64,000 bases of DNA from a virus (lineage: Duplodnaviria > Caudoviricetes): positions 120 through 64,119 of IMG/VR virus record IMGVR_UViG_3300044568_000868; one strand, 5' to 3'. Shown here piece by piece: positions 34,806 to 45,418 of the stretch. Below the pieces are notes generated by a model, which was given only the letters and a program-made list of their open reading frames with translations, was not told the DNA's origin and ran no database searches. Positions within the stretch are counted from its first letter, which is position 1. Each line of letters opens with the position of its first letter. The translations under genes and the position numbers were made by a program.

Positions 34806-37748
34806 ATGACACGGAGAGAATTTTTTGACATGATGTTTAGCCCATCGGGCTACATTAATATAAGAGGTCTGTATTACGACCAGACCCGCGGTAAACCTGT
34901 CTCTAAATTTTTCATCGATTTTGATGAGGCAGACGAATATATAGAACAACTAGTAGCAGATGGTAGAGAAGCCTATTTTGCTACGCCTACATTTGTAGAT
35001 AACACCAAGCAAGCCACAGTATCTAATATCGCATATCATCGTTCATATTTTGTGGATATTGATTGCGGACCAACTAAGTTCTACAAAAGTAAACAAGAAG
35101 GTGTAACTGCCCTGTATGCGTTTTGTGAGCACACTGGGTTACCTGTACCGATGCTAGTAGATTCAGGTAATGGCATTCATGCGTATTGGATGCTGGGGGA
35201 AGATGTGCCTTATAACATATGGAAGCCTGTAGGTATTAGATTAAAAGAACTTACCCATGAGTTTGGGTTTCAAGTTGATAGTAGTGTGACAGGGGACGGA
35301 GCACGTATTTTACGAGTGCCTGATACCGTTAATACAAAAGATCCTAGTAAGAGCAAAAGAGTATATATAAAAACAGCAGTAGAGCCTATATCCTTTGCCG
35401 AGTTTTCACAGATTGTACCTCCAGCTATTACACATAACACTCTAAACTTAGGTCAGACAGATGATTTAACAAAGAGTCTTATGGGTGGGGAGTATCCCCC
35501 TAGTAAGTTTGAGATCATTCTTCGTAAAAGCCGTAAGTTCATTTCCAACCAAGAAAAAGTAAAGGTAGTCTCTACGGATAATGAAGGTAATGAATCTATT
35601 GTTTTTAAGAATAAAGTGTTTGAGCGTTGTGCAGGGTGCGCACAAGTGCTGTATGCGGATGAGCATCGCACTACATTAGAAGAACCTCTTTGGTGGGCTA
35701 TATTATCTATAGCTAAAGCATGTACAGATGGAGCTGAGGCAATCCATACTATATCTGAAGGACACCCAAATTATACCGTTAGTGAGACAGAGGAAAAGTC
35801 TTCACGATTTAAAGGTCCTCGTACCTGCTTAGAGTTTCAAAAGGATAACCCTGATATATGTAGAGGGTGCATACATAAAGGAAAAATAACAAGCCCTATA
35901 CAATTAGGTAAATACGTAGAATTAGCATCGCCTACTGACAACAGCATTGAAGACTTAGCACATGAGAGTCTACAACAAAATGTAACCATGGAAGCACCAC
36001 ATAAATATCCTTTTGGGTGGGCTAGACGAGCTTCTGGAGGCATTGTTAGACTTAGTATGGAAGTGCAGGACGGTGATGAAACACCGGAGCAAATAGAAGA
36101 TGTTATTTATGAAAATGACCTATGGGTTAAGAAGCGTTTAGACGATCCACATCATGGAGGTTCCTCCATACAGATAGTACATATAGAGCCACAGGGCCCT
36201 AATGAGCCTAAAAAGGTTACAGAGTTTATAGCCCCCCTGACGGCTATAGGTAAGAGAGATAAGTGCCAGGAACTGCTCACATTCCATGGAGTGTATAAGG
36301 CTATTACCCCCAGAACATTAGGGTTATTACAAAAGTATTTTGAAGATTGGGTGGCGGAATTGAAAGACAAACCAGAACAAGCAAGAGCCAGCTTTGGTTG
36401 GCACGATAATAATACAAGTTTCGTTATGGGTAGCCGTGAAGTGGCGTTAGACAAGGGTATTTTATTTAGTCCTACATCAGCATCGACTGACGAAGTAACT
36501 CCCCTATATCAACGTGAGGGGTCTTTAGATACATGGAGAACTATCGCTAATTTATACGCTAAGAAGGGCAATGAAGCACGAGCTTTTGTATTGTTTGTAG
36601 GGTTTGGTGCCCCTTTATATAACTTCTTAAATTTAGGTAGCGTAACGGTGCATCTCACCAATGCGGCATCAGGTGTGGGTAAAACTACTGCTCAGAAAAT
36701 GGCAGGTAGTATATGGGGTGACCCCGTTAAGACTATGATGAATAACAAAGATACCATGAACGCCAAGTACCATAGATTTGGGGTGCTACGTCATTTGCCT
36801 TTGTTAATAGATGAGATCACTAATATGGATGGTGAGGCATTGAGTGATTTTGTCTTCTCTATATCTCAAAACTCAGGCAAGAACCGTATGTCCTCACATA
36901 CAAATACACTGCGTAAAAACGTAACTCAGTGGAACACCATAGCCGTAACATCAGGCAATAACAGTTTATACGACACTTTAAAACAGCATAGAGCATCAGT
37001 AGAAGGTGAGCTGTATCGGATTATAGAGCTCGAAATTGAAAGTGACGACTCTTTAGCAAAGGAAGAATCTGACTATTGGTATGACCAATTACTGCCTGAA
37101 AACTATGGTATGGCTGGAGAAGTTTTTATGACTTATGTTGTAGATAACCTACCTGAAGTTTTAGAGTTGTTAAAAGAGACCCAAAAAGAATTTGATAAGT
37201 GCGCTGGATTTACTGGTAAACAAAGATTCTATTCTGCATGTTGTGCGGCGGCTTTCACAGGTGCTATTATCGCTAAAAGATTAGGTTTGCACGACATAGA
37301 TGTAGACAGCATTAAACAATGGGCTGTTACTACGTTAGGTTCTGTACAAGCTACAGTAAAAGAGTGTAGCTCTGAGGACTCGGTATCGATACTGGGTAGG
37401 TTTTTAAACGAGCATAATAGAAATGTTCTTGTGGTTAATAGCACCTCTATAGAGGTGGGTAGCGTGTTATTAAATGAGCGCCCTGTCAGAGAGGCAATGG
37501 GAGAGCTAGTGGTACGTATAGAGCCTGACACTAACCATATGTATATAGCGAAGAGCGCCCTAGAGCGATGGTGTGCAGAGCGAAGAGTGCCTGTAAAGAG
37601 CTTCTATAATGAGATAGAAAGAAAGGGTATTGTATTGAGCACTAAGACTAGAAAACGCTTGGCAGAGAACACAGCTGCGGCTGGTGTACCCGTTCCTGTA
37701 TTGTGGTTGGATACTACAAAATTAAGCTTGCCCGAATTAAATGTTTGA
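34806..37748 (+). CDS. Primase-helicase (RepB/AEP-like primase plus DUF927 ATPase)
   Basis: FVDID, SGNGIHAYW, RILRVP; SGVGKTT Walker A, IDEIT. Confidence 0.85.
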   Translation: MTRREFFDMMFSPSGYINIRGLYYDQTRGKPVSKFFIDFDEADEYIEQLVADGREAYFATPTFVDNTKQATVSNIAYHRSYFVDIDCGPTKFYKSKQEGVTALYAFCEHTGLPVPMLVDSGNGIHAYWMLGEDVPYNIWKPVGIRLKELTHEFGFQVDSSVTGDGARILRVPDTVNTKDPSKSKRVYIKTAVEPISFAEFSQIVPPAITHNTLNLGQTDDLTKSLMGGEYPPSKFEIILRKSRKFISNQEKVKVVSTDNEGNESIVFKNKVFERCAGCAQVLYADEHRTTLEEPLWWAILSIAKACTDGAEAIHTISEGHPNYTVSETEEKSSRFKGPRTCLEFQKDNPDICRGCIHKGKITSPIQLGKYVELASPTDNSIEDLAHESLQQNVTMEAPHKYPFGWARRASGGIVRLSMEVQDGDETPEQIEDVIYENDLWVKKRLDDPHHGGSSIQIVHIEPQGPNEPKKVTEFIAPLTAIGKRDKCQELLTFHGVYKAITPRTLGLLQKYFEDWVAELKDKPEQARASFGWHDNNTSFVMGSREVALDKGILFSPTSASTDEVTPLYQREGSLDTWRTIANLYAKKGNEARAFVLFVGFGAPLYNFLNLGSVTVHLTNAASGVGKTTAQKMAGSIWGDPVKTMMNNKDTMNAKYHRFGVLRHLPLLIDEITNMDGEALSDFVFSISQNSGKNRMSSHTNTLRKNVTQWNTIAVTSGNNSLYDTLKQHRASVEGELYRIIELEIESDDSLAKEESDYWYDQLLPENYGMAGEVFMTYVVDNLPEVLELLKETQKEFDKCAGFTGKQRFYSACCAAAFTGAIIAKRLGLHDIDVDSIKQWAVTTLGSVQATVKECSSEDSVSILGRFLNEHNRNVLVVNSTSIEVGSVLLNERPVREAMGELVVRIEPDTNHMYIAKSALERWCAERRVPVKSFYNEIERKGIVLSTKTRKRLAENTAAAGVPVPVLWLDTTKLSLPELNV

Positions 37749-37851
37749 CAGATCTGCACTACATGCTAATATGTAGTGCGCTCATTAAATTTCTCTGTGA
37801 TGTCGTTTATGTGTTAATTATATCCTTGCCCCGTTACTACGGGGCTTTTTT
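37745..37851 (+). ncRNA. Candidate small RNA unit (promoter, palindrome, terminator)
   Basis: TTGACA at 37745, TGC-TAATAT at 37764-37772, 9-bp inverted repeat, terminator about 60 nt downstream. Confidence 0.4.
37828..37851 (+). terminator. Rho-independent terminator at arm convergence
   Basis: GCCCCGT-TACT-ACGGGGC-TTTTTT. Confidence 0.85.
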
Positions 37852-40800
37852 ATTGGCTTCTTTAGATATATCAGCGCCAATAGACAATATGTTTCGTTTT
37901 ACATCTAGCAACTCATCATACTGTTTTTTCTTTTGTGCTGTCGTTAATGAAGGATCGTTTATAGTATATGCCATGGCTTGAGTAAGTTTAGTCATAGCCG
38001 CTATTATTTTAGTCTCAGCTTTAGCCCCATATAAAAATGGCATATTTTCTGAAGTAGAGTATAGCGCCGCTCTTGGATCTCCTACTTTAAGCATATGTGT
38101 CATAGTGTTAGCAAACTGTTTAAACTTTTCTGCTTGGTCGTACACTTCATTTTGATCAGCTAAAGAATTAGGATTAGTAACAAAAGCCTTAGCATAAGGG
38201 ACTGTTTCAGTCCAATCTTTATCAACTTGTTCTCCAAAACCTTTAGATAACCCATTAGCAAGCATGTCGGCTACGGAGAACACTTCAGTACCATATCCTG
38301 ATAAAAGCTGTTTACTTACAGCCGGAGACATTCCAGTAATGTCACTAAAAGCATCAGAAAGATAAGATTTACCCCTACCTCGTTCTGTACGAACCAAGTC
38401 CTTAGACCCTCTACTCTCTATGTCAAACCATTCCGCAGGGTTTTTATCAAACATAGCCTTACCTGTAGCTGCTTCCAGAATAGGTTTTATAAATGCAGGG
38501 ATAGGCAATGGAGGAGTTAACCCATTAAGAATACTATTAAACAATAATTCTTTAGTCCGTTCGCCTGTATCTAGGCCCATCATTTGTCGTACCATAGCTT
38601 CGGGTATTAATTTGAATACAACCCCTATTTCAAATGGAGAGGCTACCTTACCCATACGACCATCACCTAAGCCTGGAATTAACCAGTTGCTCATCCAATC
38701 ACTAGCTTTGGCTTCTCTATATTCTTCTGAATTACTACTTAAAGTGTAGGCGTAAGCCATAGAAGCTAAAGTCATATACATCGCTCTAGTTCTAAATAGT
38801 TTACGTGCCCTAGCTGCATCAGCTTTTGACATGTTCATTCCGGTAGCATTTCGTAATATTACGTCCATGCCATTTAAAAATGAATTAAAGAAAGGCACCG
38901 ATTGGTTTATCATACGAACAGAAGCATCACTACCTTGGTTAGCAAAACTCATAAAGTCCCTAGCCCTAGATACAGCAAAGTCATTTTGTTGTTCTTTAGT
39001 TAACCCTTTCTGTTTCTTAGCTTCCTCAAGAGCTGCCTTATAAACTTCCACCCTAGTAGCGGCATCAGCTGCTTCATGTATGTGTTGTAACCAAGACCAT
39101 CCTTTTTTTACAGCACCTCTTTGCTTTTTACCCTTAATAAACTCAATCTTCTGATCAGCTAAATTACTTTGAGATTGTAAGACACCTTTGTTTACTAGTT
39201 CTTTGTACTCTGCATTATGGTTAGTAAGAATACTTAAGAAAGATCTAGCAGCGCCTATAGGCGTAACCAACCCAGTTTGAGCAGTAAAATTAGCCATAAC
39301 TGGATCTCGCACTAATTGACGATACCAAAACATAGGGTTAACTAAAGCGCCTTTACGAACTACCATAGAAGGAGCTGTTATAAAGGAGGGTAAGTCTAAT
39401 CTAGCTATGTCTTTAAAGGCATCAAATAACACAGGATCATCGATAGCATATAAAACAGATTTGCCTTTACGTATAACATTAACTACTTGCTGGAACTGAC
39501 TGCCTTTATTAGACGCTAATTCTCTAGCGGAACCATGGGCAGCTAACCACTTCAACGATGCAGTTTTATAGTTGTTTTCCATAGCAGCATCGACAGCAAA
39601 AGCATAATGCTTTTGTAGGTTTTCAAACATGTTTATTTTATGCTCACTAACGCCTTTAGCTTTAACTTTACCTATACCTTTTACTGCAGAAGAAATACTT
39701 ATATTAGACTCACCAATAGATTCTAGCTCTTCAGTGGACATATAGAGCGGAGCATACTGATACTTAGGATCACGCCATTCACGGGCTACAGTTGCGTCTA
39801 TATTTCCTGTGCTTTCTAATAAGTCTACTAAAGACCGCATGACCTTATGCACATCATCTACAATAGCCTTAATTTCAGGCACAGAGTTCATAACCTTATG
39901 AGCGTCAGATATCATTTTAGGAGTAATATGTTGAGCTACGCCTCCTTCCGCTTTTATCTTGTCTACCCTATGTTGATCACTTTCCGCTAGTTTACGTATT
40001 TCCTTAGCCGCAGCTATAGAGGTTTTTCTTTCTATTGAACCTTTAGCGAATGTTTTTGCAAAGTTCATTAGTTTAGTTGCGTCTGCTCTACGTTGTATTG
40101 CTCTGCGTTCTATGTCTTGATATCTTAATTGATGCCCTTCATTAGCAAGCACTGTAAGAATACGTTCAACGTCTTCTGCTTTATATCCTTTAGGTAGGTC
40201 GTGAGAACGCTCTAGTATTTTAACTAAATTAAGTTTGTCTGATCGGTTTATAGTCAGCAATCCAGTACTAGAACGAGTAACATACCCATGCTCTATAGCA
40301 CTACTAATAAAATTTCTACGTTCTTTGGCTTGGTTACGCAGTATACGTTCGTGGAACTCTCCGTTAGGTGCGATAGTCTTATCTTCCCTCGTTGCGTAGT
40401 CCAGCATACTGTCATGGGCTATAAATCTAGCACGTATTTTATTTAGCGTACGTCCTAAAGTAGTTTGACTATTAGCCGCCATTTGTGCTTTTTCTATATC
40501 TTTCGTACGTTGTTTCTTTAGTTCTTCTGCTTTAGGACTACGATCTACCAAAATGTCAGCCGAACGCAATCTACTTAATTCCGGCTTATCAGGGGTTATT
40601 TCTGAGTACCGTATATCAGGATTTTCAGCGGAGAATGCTCCAGTGTTGTCGGTAGCAGACTTAACTTGGGTAGGGTGAAATAAAACAATATGCTCTCCAT
40701 CTTTGTATGAGTCGTACCCTCCAGCTTCCATGACATCAGTTTTTAAACCCCCATCAATGTCCTTAAACTTACCGGATTTTTTAAACTGAGGAACAATAAC

Positions 40801-43800
40801 ATTGTCCACCCACTCGTCACCATAATTTGGATAGTCATCTTTTAAAACTTGAGCGTACTTAGCAGCCATTTTATCATTAACGGTGCTCTTACCTTCTATG
40901 TAAGGGTTCTCACTTTTAGCATATAGCTCCATAACATTTTTTCCATATGTCTTAGCTTCTGCTTTGTTAGGAGTTGTGTATATACCCCTAGGGTTACCTG
41001 TACGATTCTTTTTCTCAGCGTTTAAATCAAAGGCAGTAAATTCTTTGTCCGAGCCATGATAAACAATTAGCGGTTCTCCTTTGTCATCTTTTAATTTACT
41101 GTTGCCAAACCATTTTTTAAACGCCTCTGTCCTGACTTGGGCATGTTGCATAGCATTTAGGTTTGATGGTTTACCATTAGGAGCTACTTCTGAGTAGAGG
41201 ATTTCTTCTTTAGGTAGAGGGTTTTGTTCTTGAAAAGAGTCTGCAAACTTAGTAAGGCTTGGTGGAGTTGGTAATGAAGCAGCTTTTTTCAGGGCTTCTA
41301 TTTCTTTATTCACTAAAGCTAATCTACTTTCTGACCATCTAAGATAGTCAGGCATGTCTTTCTCATAATCCAATGACTTTTCTAGATGAGTTATTCTATC
41401 TTTAAGGGTGTCTCTATTGGCCTCAATGGATGTCCTTGGGGTTCCAAGCTTAGCTAACTCTCTACTTTTCCTAAAGGCTTCACCCAATTCAGTACGTACA
41501 GCGGAAGTTCCATAAGAAGGGATAAGCCCTCCTGTTTCTTCAGCTAAATCGTACATAGCTGTGGCTATGCCTTGTCTATGCCAGTCCCAGTCTACTTCAA
41601 CATCGGGGTTTGGAATTACGTCATACACCCCCGGAGTACGACCTTCTTGTTTTATATTAGCGTAATCTAAAGAGCCTATAGGGTTGTTATTTTCATCAAA
41701 GGCTTTAATAACACCTGATTGGTTATACTTATCTTGTAAATTAACAAGTTTTATTATATCTCCTTTTTTTGTTTTATGCTCTGTATAATTACCCTCAGCT
41801 AGTGCTCGCTCGTAGTGTTCTTTTTTAAAGTCACTTGGGTTTTCTATATCGGTAGTAACAACCTTTGGAGAAACTACAGGCTTTACTTTTTCTTTTTCAA
41901 CTTGCCCAGTTTCTGGTCTGCCTTCACGAACTCCTTCGCCACTGATTGTGGCACCTTTACCTTTTTGGAGAACTTCGGGTTGTGCGCCGCGGCTAACATT
42001 AGGTGTTGTTGCTTCAGGGACTTCGTTGGCATTTATTTGCTCCTGTTCATTGTATAAAGGTTTAGGGCCTTTTGTATCTTTCCCCCTACGTACAGGTTCG
42101 CTAGGCAATAGGTTTTCTGTATGAGTAAGCAATTCTACAAAGGCATTATCACGTTTAAGTCCAAGCATATTAGCTATAGATTGTGTGAACTTGCCCCACA
42201 TAGTAGTGTTTTCGTACTTTATTTTCTTTAACTTATATTGGAACTCTGGATTAGTTAAGCCTTCAGATACAAACTCATGAACGTCTTTAAGACCATATTC
42301 CTTAGCTAAAGTAGGGTGGTTTTTAACCGTAGCATGTAACTTAGTAAGACCAGCAACTGCGGGCTTTTGCTTTGGTGTAGGGTTTTCTATAGAGTGGTAT
42401 ACGTTAGCATGAAGTAATTCGTGCCCTACTATGGCTTCGTTACCCGCATACTTTGGGTTCATAGTTATTAAATGGGCAGCTGGTTCATAAGCTCCCCCAG
42501 CGTTCTTTTTCTTACCGGGCATCACACCAGATTTAATAGTAAGATCAGTAAGATTTTTTGATGCCTCTGCTAAGTGCCTAATAATAGGGTTTTTACTTTG
42601 ACTAAGAGCATCGATAGTCTGCCCCATGTCACTACTATGCACAGCATTTCGTAGGGGTTCATTTTCCACACCTTTTAACTTAGCATTTATCCGTCCTTCT
42701 CTATCTACTTGGGGCTTCCAGCCATACCCTAGGGCTTCACCAAAGTCTAATTTCTTTTTACTAGTTTCGTACGGGGATATAGCATCTAACTGTTTATAAA
42801 GACCCTCTACAGCTATGGGATCGATCTTCATATTTGTTTTAGCTGCGGAGTCCAGTATATTTTTTATAGCAGAGTGATGATCCGTATCATTTATATCTAA
42901 CTGCTTAAGCTGTTTATACTTAGCACTAGAGGGTGTTAAACCAAGAGCATCTGCCCAGTGAGGGGCTTCAGTAACTTCAGGAGCTTTACCTGCAATTCTA
43001 GCTAAGGTATTTTTTATATTGGCGTCTAATTCTATACGGGTGTTAGCATGACCATTAGATGTAGGAGCAAGTCCTTCGTTTATAGCCGCTATATGGCTTC
43101 CTGTAGCAGAAGTTTGGGGTATAGTTTTGTCAAGTCTAATATCACCATATGTAGCGTCTAAGCGTTCTGCCACTTTTTTAAGTTCAGGGCTTCCATAGTA
43201 GGACGTTACATTTTTACCTGACTTTTTATTAAACCAACCGTCCTCTCCTATACCAAACATAGGGTACCATTTACCACTAGGAACGTCTTTTTTACCTCCA
43301 GCACCAGTGCTTAAATAGAAAGGGACTTTTACCCCATTAACATCAGCAGTTACGGTTTTCCTACCTGCAATATCTACTATCTTAGCTACACCCTCAGATC
43401 GTTTGGCAGACCCTGGTCCTTGTGGATTGTTTATGTCATCGGGAGTCCACTTACTCGTATGGTAGGGTATGTCGGTAAGTTTAACTTCTTCTGGCTTTCT
43501 TAAAGTTGGCTCTGCTATAACCTCTTCTGTAGTGGCACCTTGATCTTCTTGTACACCTTGAGTTTCTTGATCTGTTGTAACAGTAGTTTGGGCGTCTTTT
43601 GCAGCTTGTGCGGCTCTAGCTTCTTCTGCTAGTTTGGCTTCGTTTAATTTAGTTTGTATATCTTGGGTATAGCCTTGTTCATTAACTTCTGGTTGACTAA
43701 CTTCTGGTGCTATTGGAGGCGGTGCTTCTGCTTCTGCTTGGGCTTGTTCTAAGGCACCTTGTTTACCTGCATGACGAGATAGCCCCATAGGCCCTGCTAA

Positions 43801-45378
43801 TAAACCACCACCAACAAGATCCGTTTTAAGGTTCTCCCAATACTCATCCATAGCTTCAGGGGAAGACACATCCTGTCCAGTAGCGGCACGTTCAATAACA
43901 GCAGAACCCACATCACCAAATACCATACCAGTAGTGTTCAATCCAAATTCTTTTGCAATGTCAGCAACTTTAGATCCAACCGCAGCTTTACCTGCTTCTA
44001 CACCTTTAGTCTCTACAACATCAGCAATATACTTTTGAACATTAGGCGTTAGCAGTTCTTCCATGAACCTACTTTGTATCTTACCTTTAAGAGGACCTAA
44101 GACCCCTAGGGTTACATAATTAACAGCTGTTTCTGCCGCTGCTGCAGGTAGATGAGGCATTACTTCAAAGTCTTTACCTTGCTCATCGGTTCTTTGAGCC
44201 ATACTACCTAGTGCTTGAGAGCCCATAGTTCCAGCTAGTAAAGACGGAGCAACCGCTTCGGGTGCAATAGCAAGACCAGCGGCATAAGGACCAATTCCAC
44301 CAACTACCTCTCCAGCATAATGAGGAATCTGTCTATACAAAGGGTCTGTTTCTGTAGGAGCTTCAGACATCTCACCTGCTTTTTTCTCCCACTCTTTACT
44401 TTTTTCAATACCAGATGTGCCAAGTTGTTCCAATGAAGGAAAGCCCATAGCCTGTCCGGCGCCTTGTGCCATCTCCGACCCCCCTCTAAGAAGAGTACTT
44501 CCAGCACTTATAGCCGCGCTTTTAGCACTCGGCATAAAACCCATTTTTTCAGCGTGAGCTTGTGTGGTAAAATCTGTATCAGGGTCCGCTTTACTTGCTT
44601 CTGCAACGGCTTCTTCATCTGACATAGTGTCAGGCACATGCAATATACCCCCATTTAATAAAGGCACATTTCGTATTCCTACCGCATCAATACCTTGAGC
44701 TCTAGCTTCAGCAATAGCTTGCTCTTTAGACATACTTACAGGAACGTGTAGAGTACCCCCATTTGATAACGGAATGTCATAGGTATTTTCTTGAGGAGCT
44801 TGCGCTTGTGAAAGGCGTCCACCTAATATATTAGATAGGTAGCCCTGAGTTTCCTCAGGTATGGCAGACATCCAGTTGTCCCCTGCTTTTCGTATAGCTT
44901 TATTGAGGTTTCCTTCCCCATAGTTATAAGCAGCGACAGCTTTAGTTATATCGCCATTATAGTATTTAACCAACCCTGCCATTTTTTTACCAGCGGCATT
45001 AATAGAAGCATTAGGGTCTCTAGGGTTAATACCATACTCTTTAGCAGTTCTAGGTATAAATTGTAAAATACCAGTAGCACCACTCTCTTGATTTACAGCA
45101 TTGGGATTGAACCTACTTTCTTGATACGCCATAGTAGATAAGAGCCCATTAGGCAAACCATACTGACTTTCAGCTCTTTGAAATGCTTCATCATAACTAG
45201 AAAGAGGAGCTCTAGTAGGCGCAGTGGTTTCTTCTTGAGGTAGCGTTGGTAGCTCACGGGATATAGGCGCAGGGGCAAACTCCCCCATATTTAAAAAGGC
45301 ATCTAACCCACGAGTGCCCGTAGATGTAGCAGAGTTAGAGGCGTTAGTAAAATTATCTATTGCGGTTTCGTTAGCCAT
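37837..45378 (-). CDS. Large polyvalent internal virion protein (SLT, metallopeptidase, GNAT, ART, LPD38-like)
   Basis: QESRF..GATGILQF..AAYNYG; HELLH..HEFVSE; RQGIATAM; FKKWFG..VYHGS..ENP..QVKSA; C-terminal PFFN..G, PFEIG. Confidence 0.85.
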   Translation of the reverse strand: MANETAIDNFTNASNSATSTGTRGLDAFLNMGEFAPAPISRELPTLPQEETTAPTRAPLSSYDEAFQRAESQYGLPNGLLSTMAYQESRFNPNAVNQESGATGILQFIPRTAKEYGINPRDPNASINAAGKKMAGLVKYYNGDITKAVAAYNYGEGNLNKAIRKAGDNWMSAIPEETQGYLSNILGGRLSQAQAPQENTYDIPLSNGGTLHVPVSMSKEQAIAEARAQGIDAVGIRNVPLLNGGILHVPDTMSDEEAVAEASKADPDTDFTTQAHAEKMGFMPSAKSAAISAGSTLLRGGSEMAQGAGQAMGFPSLEQLGTSGIEKSKEWEKKAGEMSEAPTETDPLYRQIPHYAGEVVGGIGPYAAGLAIAPEAVAPSLLAGTMGSQALGSMAQRTDEQGKDFEVMPHLPAAAAETAVNYVTLGVLGPLKGKIQSRFMEELLTPNVQKYIADVVETKGVEAGKAAVGSKVADIAKEFGLNTTGMVFGDVGSAVIERAATGQDVSSPEAMDEYWENLKTDLVGGGLLAGPMGLSRHAGKQGALEQAQAEAEAPPPIAPEVSQPEVNEQGYTQDIQTKLNEAKLAEEARAAQAAKDAQTTVTTDQETQGVQEDQGATTEEVIAEPTLRKPEEVKLTDIPYHTSKWTPDDINNPQGPGSAKRSEGVAKIVDIAGRKTVTADVNGVKVPFYLSTGAGGKKDVPSGKWYPMFGIGEDGWFNKKSGKNVTSYYGSPELKKVAERLDATYGDIRLDKTIPQTSATGSHIAAINEGLAPTSNGHANTRIELDANIKNTLARIAGKAPEVTEAPHWADALGLTPSSAKYKQLKQLDINDTDHHSAIKNILDSAAKTNMKIDPIAVEGLYKQLDAISPYETSKKKLDFGEALGYGWKPQVDREGRINAKLKGVENEPLRNAVHSSDMGQTIDALSQSKNPIIRHLAEASKNLTDLTIKSGVMPGKKKNAGGAYEPAAHLITMNPKYAGNEAIVGHELLHANVYHSIENPTPKQKPAVAGLTKLHATVKNHPTLAKEYGLKDVHEFVSEGLTNPEFQYKLKKIKYENTTMWGKFTQSIANMLGLKRDNAFVELLTHTENLLPSEPVRRGKDTKGPKPLYNEQEQINANEVPEATTPNVSRGAQPEVLQKGKGATISGEGVREGRPETGQVEKEKVKPVVSPKVVTTDIENPSDFKKEHYERALAEGNYTEHKTKKGDIIKLVNLQDKYNQSGVIKAFDENNNPIGSLDYANIKQEGRTPGVYDVIPNPDVEVDWDWHRQGIATAMYDLAEETGGLIPSYGTSAVRTELGEAFRKSRELAKLGTPRTSIEANRDTLKDRITHLEKSLDYEKDMPDYLRWSESRLALVNKEIEALKKAASLPTPPSLTKFADSFQEQNPLPKEEILYSEVAPNGKPSNLNAMQHAQVRTEAFKKWFGNSKLKDDKGEPLIVYHGSDKEFTAFDLNAEKKNRTGNPRGIYTTPNKAEAKTYGKNVMELYAKSENPYIEGKSTVNDKMAAKYAQVLKDDYPNYGDEWVDNVIVPQFKKSGKFKDIDGGLKTDVMEAGGYDSYKDGEHIVLFHPTQVKSATDNTGAFSAENPDIRYSEITPDKPELSRLRSADILVDRSPKAEELKKQRTKDIEKAQMAANSQTTLGRTLNKIRARFIAHDSMLDYATREDKTIAPNGEFHERILRNQAKERRNFISSAIEHGYVTRSSTGLLTINRSDKLNLVKILERSHDLPKGYKAEDVERILTVLANEGHQLRYQDIERRAIQRRADATKLMNFAKTFAKGSIERKTSIAAAKEIRKLAESDQHRVDKIKAEGGVAQHITPKMISDAHKVMNSVPEIKAIVDDVHKVMRSLVDLLESTGNIDATVAREWRDPKYQYAPLYMSTEELESIGESNISISSAVKGIGKVKAKGVSEHKINMFENLQKHYAFAVDAAMENNYKTASLKWLAAHGSARELASNKGSQFQQVVNVIRKGKSVLYAIDDPVLFDAFKDIARLDLPSFITAPSMVVRKGALVNPMFWYRQLVRDPVMANFTAQTGLVTPIGAARSFLSILTNHNAEYKELVNKGVLQSQSNLADQKIEFIKGKKQRGAVKKGWSWLQHIHEAADAATRVEVYKAALEEAKKQKGLTKEQQNDFAVSRARDFMSFANQGSDASVRMINQSVPFFNSFLNGMDVILRNATGMNMSKADAARARKLFRTRAMYMTLASMAYAYTLSSNSEEYREAKASDWMSNWLIPGLGDGRMGKVASPFEIGVVFKLIPEAMVRQMMGLDTGERTKELLFNSILNGLTPPLPIPAFIKPILEAATGKAMFDKNPAEWFDIESRGSKDLVRTERGRGKSYLSDAFSDITGMSPAVSKQLLSGYGTEVFSVADMLANGLSKGFGEQVDKDWTETVPYAKAFVTNPNSLADQNEVYDQAEKFKQFANTMTHMLKVGDPRAALYSTSENMPFLYGAKAETKIIAAMTKLTQAMAYTINDPSLTTAQKKKQYDELLDVKRNILSIGADISKEANKKAP

Positions 45379-45418
45379 GCTACATCCATCTAGTAAATTG
45401 TTGTTAAGTAATTATACC

